Assembly: GCA_963696385.1 (NCBI GenBank)
Contig: CAVOKF010000008.1
Span: forward strand, 352,001 to 416,000
DNA: 64,000 bases
From: an uncultured delta proteobacterium
Lineage (GTDB): Bacteria; Myxococcota_A; Polyangia; Polyangiales; Polyangiaceae
Direction: 5' to 3'
Part shown: positions 1-9,588 of the stretch, piece by piece
How positions within the stretch are numbered: position 1 is the first letter of the stretch
How the letters are laid out: every line of letters begins with the position of its first letter
The notes under the pieces: model-generated
What the model was told of the DNA's origin: nothing
Databases searched by the model: none
What the model saw: only the letters and a program-made list of their open reading frames with translations
Program-made: the position numbers and the translations under genes

Positions 1-252
1 GCCGCGCAAGCGGCGGCCAAGGCCGCCCGCAAGAGCGTCCGTGGGCCGGTGGCCGGGGTGTTGCTTTTCGACTGCGTGTGCCGCGGCATGATTCTGAAGG
101 ACGCGTTTCGGCAGGAGGTGGAGGCCATTCGCACGACCTTCCCGGGCGCCCCCATCGCGGGTCTACTCACCTACGGCGAGATCGCCCGCAGCCACGACCG
201 GATCAACGGGTGGAACAACACGACCGCCGTGGTCGTCGCGATCCCGGCTTGA
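1..252 (+). CDS. FIST C-terminal domain protein (5'-truncated by the window edge)
   Basis: Open frame from base 1 with the FIST_C pattern LLFDCVCR...PIAGLLTYGEI...NNTTAVV, ending at TGA 250-252. Confidence 0.8.
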   Translation, partial: AAQAAAKAARKSVRGPVAGVLLFDCVCRGMILKDAFRQEVEAIRTTFPGAPIAGLLTYGEIARSHDRINGWNNTTAVVVAIPA

Positions 253-311
253 CGGCCCGCCCATCCGACCAAACCGAGCGAGTCCAACGACTTGAAATGT
301 CGTCGGACCCA

Positions 312-387
<76 letters not shown>

Positions 388-532
388 AGCATGCCCCGTG
401 CCCCGTGAGGCGACGGCAGTCGGCGAGGCTAGTCGAGTCTCGCACAGGTGCAAGCGCGGCGACGACGGCATCGCGGCCACACCGCGGAACGCGCGATGGG
501 GTCTCGGGACCCAGGTGAGCGAACCTCGAGGG

Positions 533-3109
533 TCACCGGCCGAGTGCGCGGCCGTCGCCGTCGGCGTCGATCCAAATCGCGCCCGTCATGGCCCAGGGAG
601 CGATTTCGGCGTTCGAGGAAGACGCGAGTACGGGCGTCATCGGTTGGGTGCCCGACGCGATGACGACGATCGCGTCGTCGGCGGGCACTCGCACGACGAA
701 CGCGACATCGGCCGCCATCGCGCCGGCCGGCGTCGGCCTCAGGACGATAGGCTTGATTTGGACGTCGGCCGGCGCCGTAGCGCGGAGCACCCGGACCTGG
801 TCGACCGCCACCCACGGCGCGCTCTCGACATGAACCTTCACTTCGACCGTGCGTCCGCGGGCCATGCCGCCGACCGTGGCCCCATTGGCCGAGACGCGCA
901 TCATAGGACCGTTCGTCAGGACCACGTCGCGCTTCGTCTTGACTCCATGCACGACGTCTTGCGTGCGGTCGGCGTCCCACGCATCGAGCCGACCGTCGTC
1001 GCTCACGCGCACGTACGTCCGTGGATATCCCGCCTCCTGGCCGACTATCCCATGGGTGTCCGTATCGGCAGTGGGCGTGACGACGTGACCGGCCCGGATG
1101 AGAGCCAGGTAGTCGAGCAGCACCTGGGCCCTCGCGTCGACATTGCGACCGTTCCACACTTCGACGGCATCAAAGCCCGAGTCGTACGCTGGATTCGTCC
1201 CCGCCCCAGAGTCGCGGTCGAACGCCAACTGTTCGAAGTAACCGTTGGTTGGGGAACGAGGATGATTGATCTGCACGACGATGTCGCCCGCCGAGGCTCG
1301 ACGCAACTGATCGAAGACTTGTCCGGGCAAGCGGTCGCGGACCGGCGGCGCCCCGCCCCGCGGTTTGCTGTCGTCGACCTCGAGCGGCCAGACATTGGCG
1401 TGACCCCACGGGGTTCGGCTCGCATCGCTCGTCAACTCGTCGCCAGAAACCGAGACCAGGTCGTGCTCCAAGTGCATTTCGCGCACGATCGCCTCGAAAT
1501 TCGCGACGACGTTGTGCTCGGTGGCCACCGCCAGCTCGACTCCCTCGGCGGCGTTGGCCACCACGCGATCGCGGGTGCCGACGGGAGCGTCCGTGCCGAT
1601 CATGGTGTGTTGGTGGAAGTCGCAGGCGATGTAGCCCGTCGTATCGACGACACGAACCAATGTCAGCTCCAGGTCCTTTCGCTCTCCAGGCGCGAGGGTC
1701 ATGTCGCCGTGGGCCAGCGCGAACTCGGGGCCGCGCGACGCCGTCACCCGGTAGCTGCCGTACGCCAGCGCCAGGTCGACGATTCCGTCGGCGGTCGTGG
1801 CCTGATTGCCCGCCGGGCCCGCGACGTGACGTGGACCGAAGTCGGGCACCGGCCCTCCGTCCGTGCGCTCGAACGTCAGCTTGCAAGGCATCGCGACGCC
1901 CGCCGTGTCCGCGCATCTCACGCGCGCGGACGCTGGCCCGACCACGGACAATTGCGCATGGCTCGACGCATTCGGGGTGATGTCCACGGCGGCCGAATCG
2001 CTGCCCGTGAGGCCTCCGCCGCCCGCATACGCCAGAGTCCAATGGCCGGGCGGAAGATCGGCGTGCAGCCGCGGGGGCGTGCCCGCTGCGTGGATGGTGA
2101 GCACCTCGGCTCCGCCGCCATCGCGCACCGACAGCCACGCGTCGGGCGGAACGTCGACCGGGGGATCCCCGGTACACAGAGCCATCTTGGGACACAATCT
2201 TGGTCGAAGCGCGACGTCGACCGCGCCCACTTTCTGACCGGCCGCCCGGGCAAGCTCCGCCACCAGGCTCGCGGTGTCGGCTCGCTCGCCGACGATGAAC
2301 ACGCGCGCAAACCTCGTCCTTTCGCGAGGGCCGATGTGCACGGACTTGCGTTGCACCGTGTCGGTCCACGAACTGCCGCTGGTCGCATCGAGGTCCCCCT
2401 CGGCCGCCGCGATGGCATAGCTCGTGAATCGCCCGACGCCGCCGACGTACGGTCCGTTCGAGGCCCCCTTGAAACCTTTCGGCTTACCCGGGGCGACCTT
2501 TTCGGCCCCCCCCCACTCGATGGCATCTCCCAACCCGGGAATCTCGATCGTCGTATCGCCCGTGTTTTCCAGGGTCGTCTCGATGACCACGGCGCGATCG
2601 GTCGGATGAAGCGTGTACCGCGTCGATACGGCAAGCGTGGGCTCGTAGAGCTCCGGGCCGGCCGCTTCGACCCAGGCGCTCCCATCCTCGGTCACGCCGG
2701 TCGCGAGCTTGTCGTAGACGCCCTGTCGCGGGAACTTGCCGAAGTACGTAAACTGCTGCCCGAGCTCGTCTTTTCTCACGCGCGCGTCGGCCGCGTCGAG
2801 GATGCTGCCACCGCTCTCCGTGAATCCTGCGCTCGACCCGAGTCGACCGATCACGACGACGATTTGATCGTTGTCGAGGATCCAATCGCCGGGCCGGCCG
2901 ATGGCGTTCGGCCCACCGAGCTGCTCGCCCTCGCCCATGACGTGCACTCGCGATGGATGAGTCCCCTCCCCTAGAATCGCCGACAATCGCGAAGCCGCGC
3001 CGGGGACCACATGAATCAGCGGCGTGTAGTCTTGCGGGCCAGCGCAGGCGCCCGCCCCCAGGCCTACGCATGCTGCCAACCACAGCGGAGCGGCGCGCCG
3101 GGGTGCCAT
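533..3109 (-). CDS. Lipoprotein, CehA/McbA-family (PHP-like) metallohydrolase with N-terminal beta-rich domains
   Basis: Lipobox LGAGAC; metal-ligand motifs CDFHQHT, ATEHN, GHANVW, INHPR, ADTDTH; SRGPEF carboxypeptidase-regulatory-like segment. Confidence 0.8.
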   Translation of the reverse strand: MAPRRAAPLWLAACVGLGAGACAGPQDYTPLIHVVPGAASRLSAILGEGTHPSRVHVMGEGEQLGGPNAIGRPGDWILDNDQIVVVIGRLGSSAGFTESGGSILDAADARVRKDELGQQFTYFGKFPRQGVYDKLATGVTEDGSAWVEAAGPELYEPTLAVSTRYTLHPTDRAVVIETTLENTGDTTIEIPGLGDAIEWGGAEKVAPGKPKGFKGASNGPYVGGVGRFTSYAIAAAEGDLDATSGSSWTDTVQRKSVHIGPRERTRFARVFIVGERADTASLVAELARAAGQKVGAVDVALRPRLCPKMALCTGDPPVDVPPDAWLSVRDGGGAEVLTIHAAGTPPRLHADLPPGHWTLAYAGGGGLTGSDSAAVDITPNASSHAQLSVVGPASARVRCADTAGVAMPCKLTFERTDGGPVPDFGPRHVAGPAGNQATTADGIVDLALAYGSYRVTASRGPEFALAHGDMTLAPGERKDLELTLVRVVDTTGYIACDFHQHTMIGTDAPVGTRDRVVANAAEGVELAVATEHNVVANFEAIVREMHLEHDLVSVSGDELTSDASRTPWGHANVWPLEVDDSKPRGGAPPVRDRLPGQVFDQLRRASAGDIVVQINHPRSPTNGYFEQLAFDRDSGAGTNPAYDSGFDAVEVWNGRNVDARAQVLLDYLALIRAGHVVTPTADTDTHGIVGQEAGYPRTYVRVSDDGRLDAWDADRTQDVVHGVKTKRDVVLTNGPMMRVSANGATVGGMARGRTVEVKVHVESAPWVAVDQVRVLRATAPADVQIKPIVLRPTPAGAMAADVAFVVRVPADDAIVVIASGTQPMTPVLASSSNAEIAPWAMTGAIWIDADGDGRALGR

Positions 3110-3115
3110 CGGCGT

Positions 3116-4285
3116 TCAACGCACCGATCGCTCGGCCAGAAGCCGAGCCACCGCCTGCGCCTTCGGAACGAGCGACGATGTCTCGATGCATTCCTCGGTC
3201 GTGTGGAACCCGGAACCGCGGGGACCGAGACCGTCGATCGCGGGAACGCCCAGAGCGCTCGCCGTGCTCGCATCGCTGCCGCCGCCGATGAGCGGCGCCT
3301 CGCCCTGCCCGAGACCGTGTGCGCCCGCGCACGCCGCGTATTCCGCCATGAGCCGTGCGCTCGCCTCGGATCGCTCGAGCGGCATGCGAGCGACGCCGCC
3401 CTCGAGATCGATGCGCGTCCCGGGCACGGAAGCGGCGGCCTCGTCGGCGACGCGCCTTAGGGCCGCGATCAGGCGCTCGCCGTCGGCCCGCGTGCTGAAG
3501 CGCAAGTCGACCTGGGCCTCGGCACGATCCGGCACGGTGTTCTTGCCGTGACCCCCGGCCACGCGGCCCACGTTCACGGTAAAGCCCCTCGAGTAGTCCG
3601 TCAGCCGCTCTGCACCATCGATGAAGCGCGCGAGCGCCCAGATCGCATTCGCGCCGTCCGCATGGGCATTGCCCGCATGGGCGGCCCGGCCGCGCGCAAT
3701 GGCCGAGAGTCCACCGGTACCCTTTCGGCGAGTGATGATGGCGTCGCCGTTGCGGCCGGCTTCGAACACGAGACACCCGCTCGAACCCGTAATCGTCGCG
3801 GCGATGACCCCCTGACCTTCGGGGGAGCCGACCTCCTCGTCGCTTACGATCACGACACGGACGGGCACAACGGCATCGAGCCCGCCGGTCGCGGCGAGCG
3901 CCTTCAGAGCGAACGCCATGACGACCAGACCGCCCTTCATGTCCAGAACACCCGGACCCCGGGCGATCACCCCGTCACACCGGTACCCCTCGAACACTCC
4001 GGGCGGAAACACCGTGTCGAGGTGGCCAACGAGCGCGACGGCCTCGTGATTGGGAAGGCGTGGGTGCGTGCGAAACACCAAGTGGTCCGCGAAACGCTCG
4101 CTCGTACGCGTCGTCGACTCGATGCCGGGCACGGCGAACAGATCGCCGATGAGCGTCCCGATCTTTCGCCCGCCCTCGGGATTGTCGGTAAACGAGTTGA
4201 TGCCGACGAGCTGCCCGAGCGCCTGCTCCATTGCGGGCTGCTGGTCCGACAGCCAACCCGTGGCCTCGTCCGCGCGCGACGCCAT
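3116..4285 (-). CDS. M20 family metallopeptidase (glutamate carboxypeptidase/ArgE-like)
   Basis: GHLDTVF, GVLDMKGG, SDEEVGS, FEAG, AAHAG, GGGSDA, GFHTTEE motifs. Confidence 0.9.
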   Translation of the reverse strand: MASRADEATGWLSDQQPAMEQALGQLVGINSFTDNPEGGRKIGTLIGDLFAVPGIESTTRTSERFADHLVFRTHPRLPNHEAVALVGHLDTVFPPGVFEGYRCDGVIARGPGVLDMKGGLVVMAFALKALAATGGLDAVVPVRVVIVSDEEVGSPEGQGVIAATITGSSGCLVFEAGRNGDAIITRRKGTGGLSAIARGRAAHAGNAHADGANAIWALARFIDGAERLTDYSRGFTVNVGRVAGGHGKNTVPDRAEAQVDLRFSTRADGERLIAALRRVADEAAASVPGTRIDLEGGVARMPLERSEASARLMAEYAACAGAHGLGQGEAPLIGGGSDASTASALGVPAIDGLGPRGSGFHTTEECIETSSLVPKAQAVARLLAERSVR

Positions 4286-4339
4286 CGTCCGAGAAGGCTA
4301 GCACCTTCGGCCTCGGCGAAGAGCGCTATAGTCTCGCCC

Positions 4340-5407
4340 ATGAGCCCAACCGCCAAACGCTTCCGGGCCGCAGTCGTCGGCGGAAGCGGGTACGGCGGCG
4401 CAGAGCTCATACGCCGGTTGCTCGTCCATCCCGAGGTCGAGCTCGCGCGGGTGGCATCCATCGATTTCGTGGGCGCCCCGCTGTCGGAGGTCCACCCGAA
4501 CCTCGAAGGCCGGACGACGCTGACGTTCGAAGCCCTTTCCCCCGCCCAAGCCGCGAAGGACATGGACGTGGTGCTGCTCGGCCTACCCCACAAAGTCAGC
4601 GCGCAGGCGATGGGAGAGATCCTGCCGAGCGGCGCGCGCGTCGTGGATTTGTCCGGCGACTTTCGACTACGGGACCCCGCGGCCTACGAGAAGTACTACG
4701 GCGCAAAGCACCCGCGTCCGGCCGACCTGACGAACGCAATCTTCGTCTACGGCCTCCCCGAGATCCATCGACACCTCATCCGCCATGCGCGCTACGTCGC
4801 TTCGCCGGGGTGCTTCGCCACGACCATCGAGCTTGCGCTCTTGCCCCTGGCGCGCCACGGTCTGCTGGCCGGCCCCGTCGAGATCGTGGCGATTACCGGA
4901 TCGAGCGGCAGCGGGGTCGCGCCGAGCGCCGCGACGCACCATCCCGTCCGGGCCAACAATCTGAAGACGTACAAGCCACTCGAGCACCAGCACGTCCCGG
5001 AGATCGAACAAGCTCTCTCGGAGGCGGGGGCCAAGGATCTGACGTTGCGATTCGTGCCGGTGAGCGCGCCGCTCGTCCGAGGTATTTTTGCCACGTGCTT
5101 CGCGCACGTCGACGAACGGGTGCCTGCGGCGACGATCGGCGGACTGGCGGCGAAGACCTACGCCGGCGAGCCGTTCGTCCGCGTGCCGTCCAAGCGGCTG
5201 CCGGAGGTCGCCGCGGTCAAGGGCACCAACTACGCCGAGGTGAGTATCCTGGTGGGCGACGTACGCGACGGCAAGCGGCTCGTCACGTGCTTTGCCGCCA
5301 CCGACAACCTGATTAAGGGCGGCGCCGGCCAAGCCATTCAGTCGATGAACCTGATGTTGGGGCTCGACGAAAGGCTTACCCTCGACGACCCGGGCGGCTG
5401 GCCGTGA
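4340..5407 (+). CDS. argC: N-acetyl-gamma-glutamyl-phosphate reductase
   Basis: VVGGSGYGGAEL Rossmann start, DLSGDFRL, catalytic SPGCFAT, DNLIKGGAGQAIQ; ATG at 4340 in the 3548..5407 frame. Confidence 0.95.
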   Translation: MSPTAKRFRAAVVGGSGYGGAELIRRLLVHPEVELARVASIDFVGAPLSEVHPNLEGRTTLTFEALSPAQAAKDMDVVLLGLPHKVSAQAMGEILPSGARVVDLSGDFRLRDPAAYEKYYGAKHPRPADLTNAIFVYGLPEIHRHLIRHARYVASPGCFATTIELALLPLARHGLLAGPVEIVAITGSSGSGVAPSAATHHPVRANNLKTYKPLEHQHVPEIEQALSEAGAKDLTLRFVPVSAPLVRGIFATCFAHVDERVPAATIGGLAAKTYAGEPFVRVPSKRLPEVAAVKGTNYAEVSILVGDVRDGKRLVTCFAATDNLIKGGAGQAIQSMNLMLGLDERLTLDDPGGWP

Positions 5408-5414
5408 GCCTCCG

Positions 5415-6233
5415 ATGACCGGTGGCATTCTCGTCAAGATTGGCGGTGAAGTCGTCGATTCGCCGACGATGACGGCTCTTGCGAGCGATATCGCCGGCCT
5501 GCGGAATCGGGGCGAGCCCGTCGTGGTCGTGCACGGCGGGGGGCCGCAGGTCACCCAGCTGCAGCGAAGGCTCGGCCAGACGCCGGCGATCGTCGGGGGA
5601 CGACGCATCACCGACGCCGCGACGCTCGAAGTCATCAAGATGGTCGTCGCAGGAAAGGTCAACGTGGACGCTTGCGCGGCCCTCATCGCTGCGGGCGCCT
5701 GGCCGGTGGGACTGCACGGAGCGAGCGCCCTCGTCATCGAAGCCGCAAAGCGCCCCCCGCGCGTCGTGACCGGAGCAGGGCCCGATCCCATCGATTTCGG
5801 TCATGTCGGCGACATCACGTCCGTCAACGGCAAGCTCATCTCGCTTCTGACCGACGCGGGCTACGTCCCGGTCATCGCGTGCCTGGGCGCCGACGCCCAG
5901 GGGCGCGTGTACAACATCAACGCCGACACCGTGGCGACCCGAATCGCAAGGGCGATCGACGCCCGAGCTCTCATCCTCGTCAGCGACGTCGCCGGCGTCT
6001 TGCGCGACGTATCGGACCCGAGCTCGCGCATCGCGCGCCTCACCGCCGGGGACGCCAGGCGAGCCATCGCGGACGGAACCATCCGCGGAGGCATGATTCC
6101 GAAGATCGAGGAGTCGCTCTCCGCGCTCGCCCACGGCGTTCGCGCCGTGCACATCGTCGGCCAGGTTCGGAAGGGGGACCTCGCACGCGAGGTGTCCGAG
6201 CCGGGGAGCCTGGGCACAATCGTCACGCCCTAG
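5415..6233 (+). CDS. argB: Acetylglutamate kinase
   Basis: VKIGGE, VVHGGGPQ, GRRITD, YNINADTVA, GGMIPK; directly after argC. Confidence 0.95.
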   Translation: MTGGILVKIGGEVVDSPTMTALASDIAGLRNRGEPVVVVHGGGPQVTQLQRRLGQTPAIVGGRRITDAATLEVIKMVVAGKVNVDACAALIAAGAWPVGLHGASALVIEAAKRPPRVVTGAGPDPIDFGHVGDITSVNGKLISLLTDAGYVPVIACLGADAQGRVYNINADTVATRIARAIDARALILVSDVAGVLRDVSDPSSRIARLTAGDARRAIADGTIRGGMIPKIEESLSALAHGVRAVHIVGQVRKGDLAREVSEPGSLGTIVTP

Positions 6234-6260
6234 CCCGTGTTTGCCGCTTTTGCGGGGGTC

Positions 6261-6287
6261 CTAAGCGCTCTGGGGCGGTGTACTTAG
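6261..6287. repeat. Partial end of the small YTAR-flanked repeat family
   Basis: CTGGGGCGGTGTACTTAG (6270-6287) matches CTGGAGCGGTGTACTTAG at 21821-21838 with one mismatch. Confidence 0.55.
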
Positions 6288-6314
6288 ACCGGTCCTATGG
6301 TACGCCCATTCGCC

Positions 6315-6950
6315 GTGCGCATCGTCATTTGCGACGTCGGGCTCGGAAATCTCCGCAGCGTCGAGCGAGCCCTGCAAGAAGCGTCGCGCGGTCGCAGCGA
6401 TCGAGTCGAAGTGACGAGCGATCCCGCGCGCGCCGCGGGCGCGGACAAGATCGTCGTCCCCGGTCAGGGCGCATTCGGGGATTGCATGCGAGCGCTGTCT
6501 CCCGGATTGGGTGAGACCCTGGTCGCCCATCTCGCGGCCGAGCGGCCTTATCTCGGAATTTGTCTCGGCCTTCAAATCCTTTTCGGCAAAAGCGAAGAGG
6601 CGCCCGGATGCGGCGGTCTCGGCGTGCTCGAAGGCGAGGTCGTCCGGCTGGGTGGTGGCGTCGATCCGATGACGGGTGCGCCCTTCAAGATTCCGCACAT
6701 CGGGTGGAACTCGGCCGACCCCGTCCTGCCGGCCGACCGGCGATCGTTGCTCCGCGGATCCCAGCACTTCTACTTCGTGCACAGCTTTGCCGTCGCTCCG
6801 CGAGACGCGTCGGTCGTCGCGGCCACGACCGACTACGGAGCGCGCTTCGTCAGTGCCGTGGCGTTCGGCAACGTGTTCGCCTGCCAGTTTCACCCCGAGA
6901 AGAGCCAACGGGCCGGGATCGCGCTGCTCGAGAGGTTCGTCGCGTCGTGA
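6315..6950 (+). CDS. hisH: Imidazole glycerol phosphate synthase, glutaminase subunit
   Basis: GNLRSV, PGQGAF, LGICLGLQ, PHIGWN, YFVHSF, QFHPEKS; GTG start at 6315 chosen (ATG 6297 possible). Confidence 0.95.
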   Translation: MRIVICDVGLGNLRSVERALQEASRGRSDRVEVTSDPARAAGADKIVVPGQGAFGDCMRALSPGLGETLVAHLAAERPYLGICLGLQILFGKSEEAPGCGGLGVLEGEVVRLGGGVDPMTGAPFKIPHIGWNSADPVLPADRRSLLRGSQHFYFVHSFAVAPRDASVVAATTDYGARFVSAVAFGNVFACQFHPEKSQRAGIALLERFVAS

Positions 6951-7687
6951 TCGTCATTCCCGCTATCGACGTTCTGGGCGGCAAGGCGGTGCGATTGCAT
7001 CAGGGCCGCTACGATGCCGTCACGGTGTACGAAGAGGACCCGGCCGCCCGGGCGCGATCCTGGCGCGGTCTCGTACCGTGGCTCCACGTCGTCGATCTCG
7101 AAGGGGCTCGAGACGGCCTTCCGGTGCAGCGCGACGTGCTGCGCCGCGTCGCCGAGGCGTTCGGGCCCGACGTGCAGGTCGGGGGTGGCGTCCGTACGCG
7201 CGAGACGTTCGAGGGGTACTTGTCGCTGGGGGCGGCGCGCGTGGTCCTCGGGTCCGCCGCGGTCAAAGACGCAGGGCTCGTCCGCGAATTGGCCTTCGAG
7301 AGACCCCACGTCGTCGTTCTCGCCGTCGACGCCCGCGACGGTTTCGTTGCGGTGAACGGGTGGACCCAAGCGACCCGCATCGCCGCCGTCGATTTGGTTC
7401 GTTCGTTCGCCGACGTCCCTCTCGCAGCCGTCCTCTATACGGACGTGGCCCGAGACGGCACCCGCGCAGGGCCCAATATCGAGGCCACCGCGGCCCTGGC
7501 CTCTCAGACCCCGGTGCCCGTCATTGCTTCCGGCGGCGTCGGGTCGCTCGACGATCTGCGCGCGCTCGCCGCGCGGGGCATCGCCGCATGCATCGTCGGA
7601 CGTGCCCTCTACGAAGGCACCTTCTCGCTGGAAGAGGCCATCGACGCCGGTCGCGCCGTCTCCACGACTTGCGGGCTGCAACCCTAG
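6947..7687 (+). CDS. hisA: ProFAR isomerase
   Basis: VIPAIDVLGGKAVRL, LHVVDLEGA, QVGGGVR, YTDVARDG, ASGGV; GTGA overlap with hisH. Confidence 0.95.
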   Translation: MIVIPAIDVLGGKAVRLHQGRYDAVTVYEEDPAARARSWRGLVPWLHVVDLEGARDGLPVQRDVLRRVAEAFGPDVQVGGGVRTRETFEGYLSLGAARVVLGSAAVKDAGLVRELAFERPHVVVLAVDARDGFVAVNGWTQATRIAAVDLVRSFADVPLAAVLYTDVARDGTRAGPNIEATAALASQTPVPVIASGGVGSLDDLRALAARGIAACIVGRALYEGTFSLEEAIDAGRAVSTTCGLQP

Positions 7688-7779
7688 TACAGCGCCCCTT
7701 TGAACGGTACCGAGCTTCGCTCGGGGGTAGCCTGCTTTGCAGGCTGGCCGCTGTACTAAGATGATTTCCTTGGGGCTTC
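7684..7779. repeat. Structured small repeat (REP/MITE-like), copy 1
   Basis: CTAG-TACAGCG...CGCTGTA-CTAA terminal inverted repeat enclosing two hairpins, followed by GATGATTTCCTTGGGGCTTC; near-identical copy at 21668-21760. Confidence 0.85.
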
Positions 7780-7784
7780 AGCCC

Positions 7785-8021
7785 TCACGGCTTCGGTATC
7801 ACCGTCGCTTCGACTTTGGCGCGCTTTCGCCGCCTTCTCGCCGCCTCCGCCTGCTTCTTTCGGCGCTTCACGCTGGGCTTCATGTAGTGGCGACGCATCT
7901 TGAGCTCGCGAAGGACTCCTTCGGAAGCGAGCTTTCGCTTGAGCATCTTGATCGCGCGTTCGATACCGCGGTCGCTGACGACGACTTCCAAAGGCTTACA
8001 TTGAATGGCTTCGCTGGGCAT
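7785..8021 (-). CDS. rpsU: 30S ribosomal protein S21
   Basis: IERAIKMLKRK...GVLRELKMRRHYMKPSVKRRKK is the S21 signature. Confidence 0.93.
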   Translation of the reverse strand: MPSEAIQCKPLEVVVSDRGIERAIKMLKRKLASEGVLRELKMRRHYMKPSVKRRKKQAEAARRRRKRAKVEATVIPKP

Positions 8022-8111
8022 TTCTTCTCCGAAGAATCTATCGCAGACGCGGCGGTTCGCCTCGTATCACGCCGTCCCCCAGCGCGCCAGACGGCGGTGT
8101 GCCCGACGGAC

Positions 8112-8696
8112 TCACCCTTCCTGCGGCGCCGTCGTCGGCGTCGTGCTTTCCTTCTTCTCGACCGGCGGCTTCTTCTCGGTCGGCTTCTTCTCGGCCGACC
8201 GTCCTCGCTTGGCGCGGCGAGGGGCCGGCTTACGAGCCGCCACGCGGGAGCGGCGTCCCCCGGCGCTCGCGGACCGGCCGCCTTTTGCCGAGCCCGACCC
8301 CTTGATGAAATAGGTCGTCGCGCGCTTCTGACCGGACTTGCCGAGAAGACCCGAATCGAGTGCGTCTTTGAGCGGCCGTGGCAGCTCTTTGGCTTGGAGC
8401 CCCAGCTCTTCGCGGATCTGCTCGGCTCGAAGCCCGCTCGGCTGCTGCTTGAGCAGGCCGACGATCCGATCGATCACTTCCGCGATGTCGCCGGGCGAGC
8501 GGCGCGGCAAACGTCCTGCGCGACGCCGACCCCCGAGCCCGCTTGCTCGGGCGGGGGCGCGAGCCGCACCTCGACCCGTGGCCGTCGACGACTCCGTCAG
8601 AAGATCATCCAACGAAGCGCCGCGAATGGCATCGAGCACGCTGGCGGCAAACGTGGTCGCGAGCTCGCTGAGACGATTCCGCAGAGAAGTCGGCAT
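8112..8696 (-). CDS. Basic putative DNA-binding/nucleoid-associated protein with a winged-helix-like core and Lys/Arg-rich tail
   Basis: GLRAEQIREELGL...KELPRPL...GQKRATTYF core; ARKPAPRRAKR and EKKP-repeat tail. Confidence 0.7.
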   Translation of the reverse strand: MPTSLRNRLSELATTFAASVLDAIRGASLDDLLTESSTATGRGAARAPARASGLGGRRRAGRLPRRSPGDIAEVIDRIVGLLKQQPSGLRAEQIREELGLQAKELPRPLKDALDSGLLGKSGQKRATTYFIKGSGSAKGGRSASAGGRRSRVAARKPAPRRAKRGRSAEKKPTEKKPPVEKKESTTPTTAPQEG

Positions 8697-8936
8697 GACG
8701 GACGAGATAAACGTTAATGGCAATTCGCGTCAATGATTTTGTCTTGCCCGAAAAGTCCGATGGCGTCGGTCGGATGGGCGGACGCCCCATCGCTTTGGGA
8801 GTCTTGCCAGTTCGGCCTACGTGCGGCGCTTTTTGGCCCACCGAACCGGTCGAGCTACATAGCGCTTTACGCATACTCCCCCTTTACGCATACTTGCGCG
8901 AGGTGCTTTATGCCGCCCGGCGATGTTGGGCGCTGA

Positions 8937-9019
8937 GCCGAAGTGGCGGAATGGCAGACGCAGCGGACTCAAAATCCGCCGTCCTAACGGGCGTGAGGGT
9001 TCGAGTCCCTCCTTCGGTA
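8937..9019 (+). tRNA. tRNA-Leu (CAA); CCA not encoded
   Basis: GCCGAAGTGGCGGAATGGCAGACGCA-GCGGA-CTCAAAA-TCCGC, long variable arm, GGTTCGAGTCC, acceptor 3' strand CTTCGGT plus discriminator A. Confidence 0.96.
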
Positions 9020-9134
9020 CAGACGACTCTTTGTTTTCAAATTCTCAGTACTCCGCAGGGGTTGCCCCCACGCGTTTCGCGCCGATCGCGAAAGCGATGA
9101 CCGATGATCGCTGCGAGCGGTATACTTAGGCCCC

Positions 9135-9431
9135 GTGTTCGAAATCCATCGTCGCCATTCGCTTTCGAAGGACGAAGCGAAGTTGGAGACCGATCGCGTC
9201 GTCAAGGAGATGGAGAACAGGCTCGGTCTATTCGGCTTGGTCGGGCACTGGACAGGCGACACGTTGCGGCTGACCGCCGCCGAAGGGACCGCGCAAGGAA
9301 CGACGGGCCAGGTCGTGGTCGGCGAAGATGCGGTCCACTTCAGGTTGTCGCTGTCGCCCGCGCTCGGGATGATGCGGCGAACCATCGAGGCGGGGGTGGC
9401 ACAATTTCTCAAACGATCGTTTCCCGACTGA
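9135..9431 (+). CDS. Polyhydroxyalkanoic acid system (PHA_gran_rgn) family protein
   Basis: 98 aa; HSLSKDEAK...WTGDTL...GQVVVGEDAVHFRLSL...IEAGV pattern. Confidence 0.75.
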   Translation: MFEIHRRHSLSKDEAKLETDRVVKEMENRLGLFGLVGHWTGDTLRLTAAEGTAQGTTGQVVVGEDAVHFRLSLSPALGMMRRTIEAGVAQFLKRSFPD

Positions 9432-9588
9432 TCCGCGAACGATTTCTCGGCCGAGAATCGGTCTTTCGACGAGGCTCGAGCCTCCCTGCCCTCCGCTTCG
9501 CCGCGACGACCGAGATGCCGAGGTCCAGGCCCCCAGATTCGTCCGGTCGATCGGAGCGACCGGCATTCCCGAGTACACTCGAGTCACG

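Noticed and set aside
398..2974. Long antisense or alternate-frame ORFs (e.g. 398..2974, 27822..30233, 40890..43568, 58602..61328)
   Set aside because: Shadow ORFs typical of high-GC DNA; they are Arg/Pro-rich, lack motifs, and overlap well-supported genes
4340..6233. LysW-dependent lysY/lysZ/lysK pathway
   Set aside because: No lysW or lysX nearby; the sequences fit ArgC and ArgB
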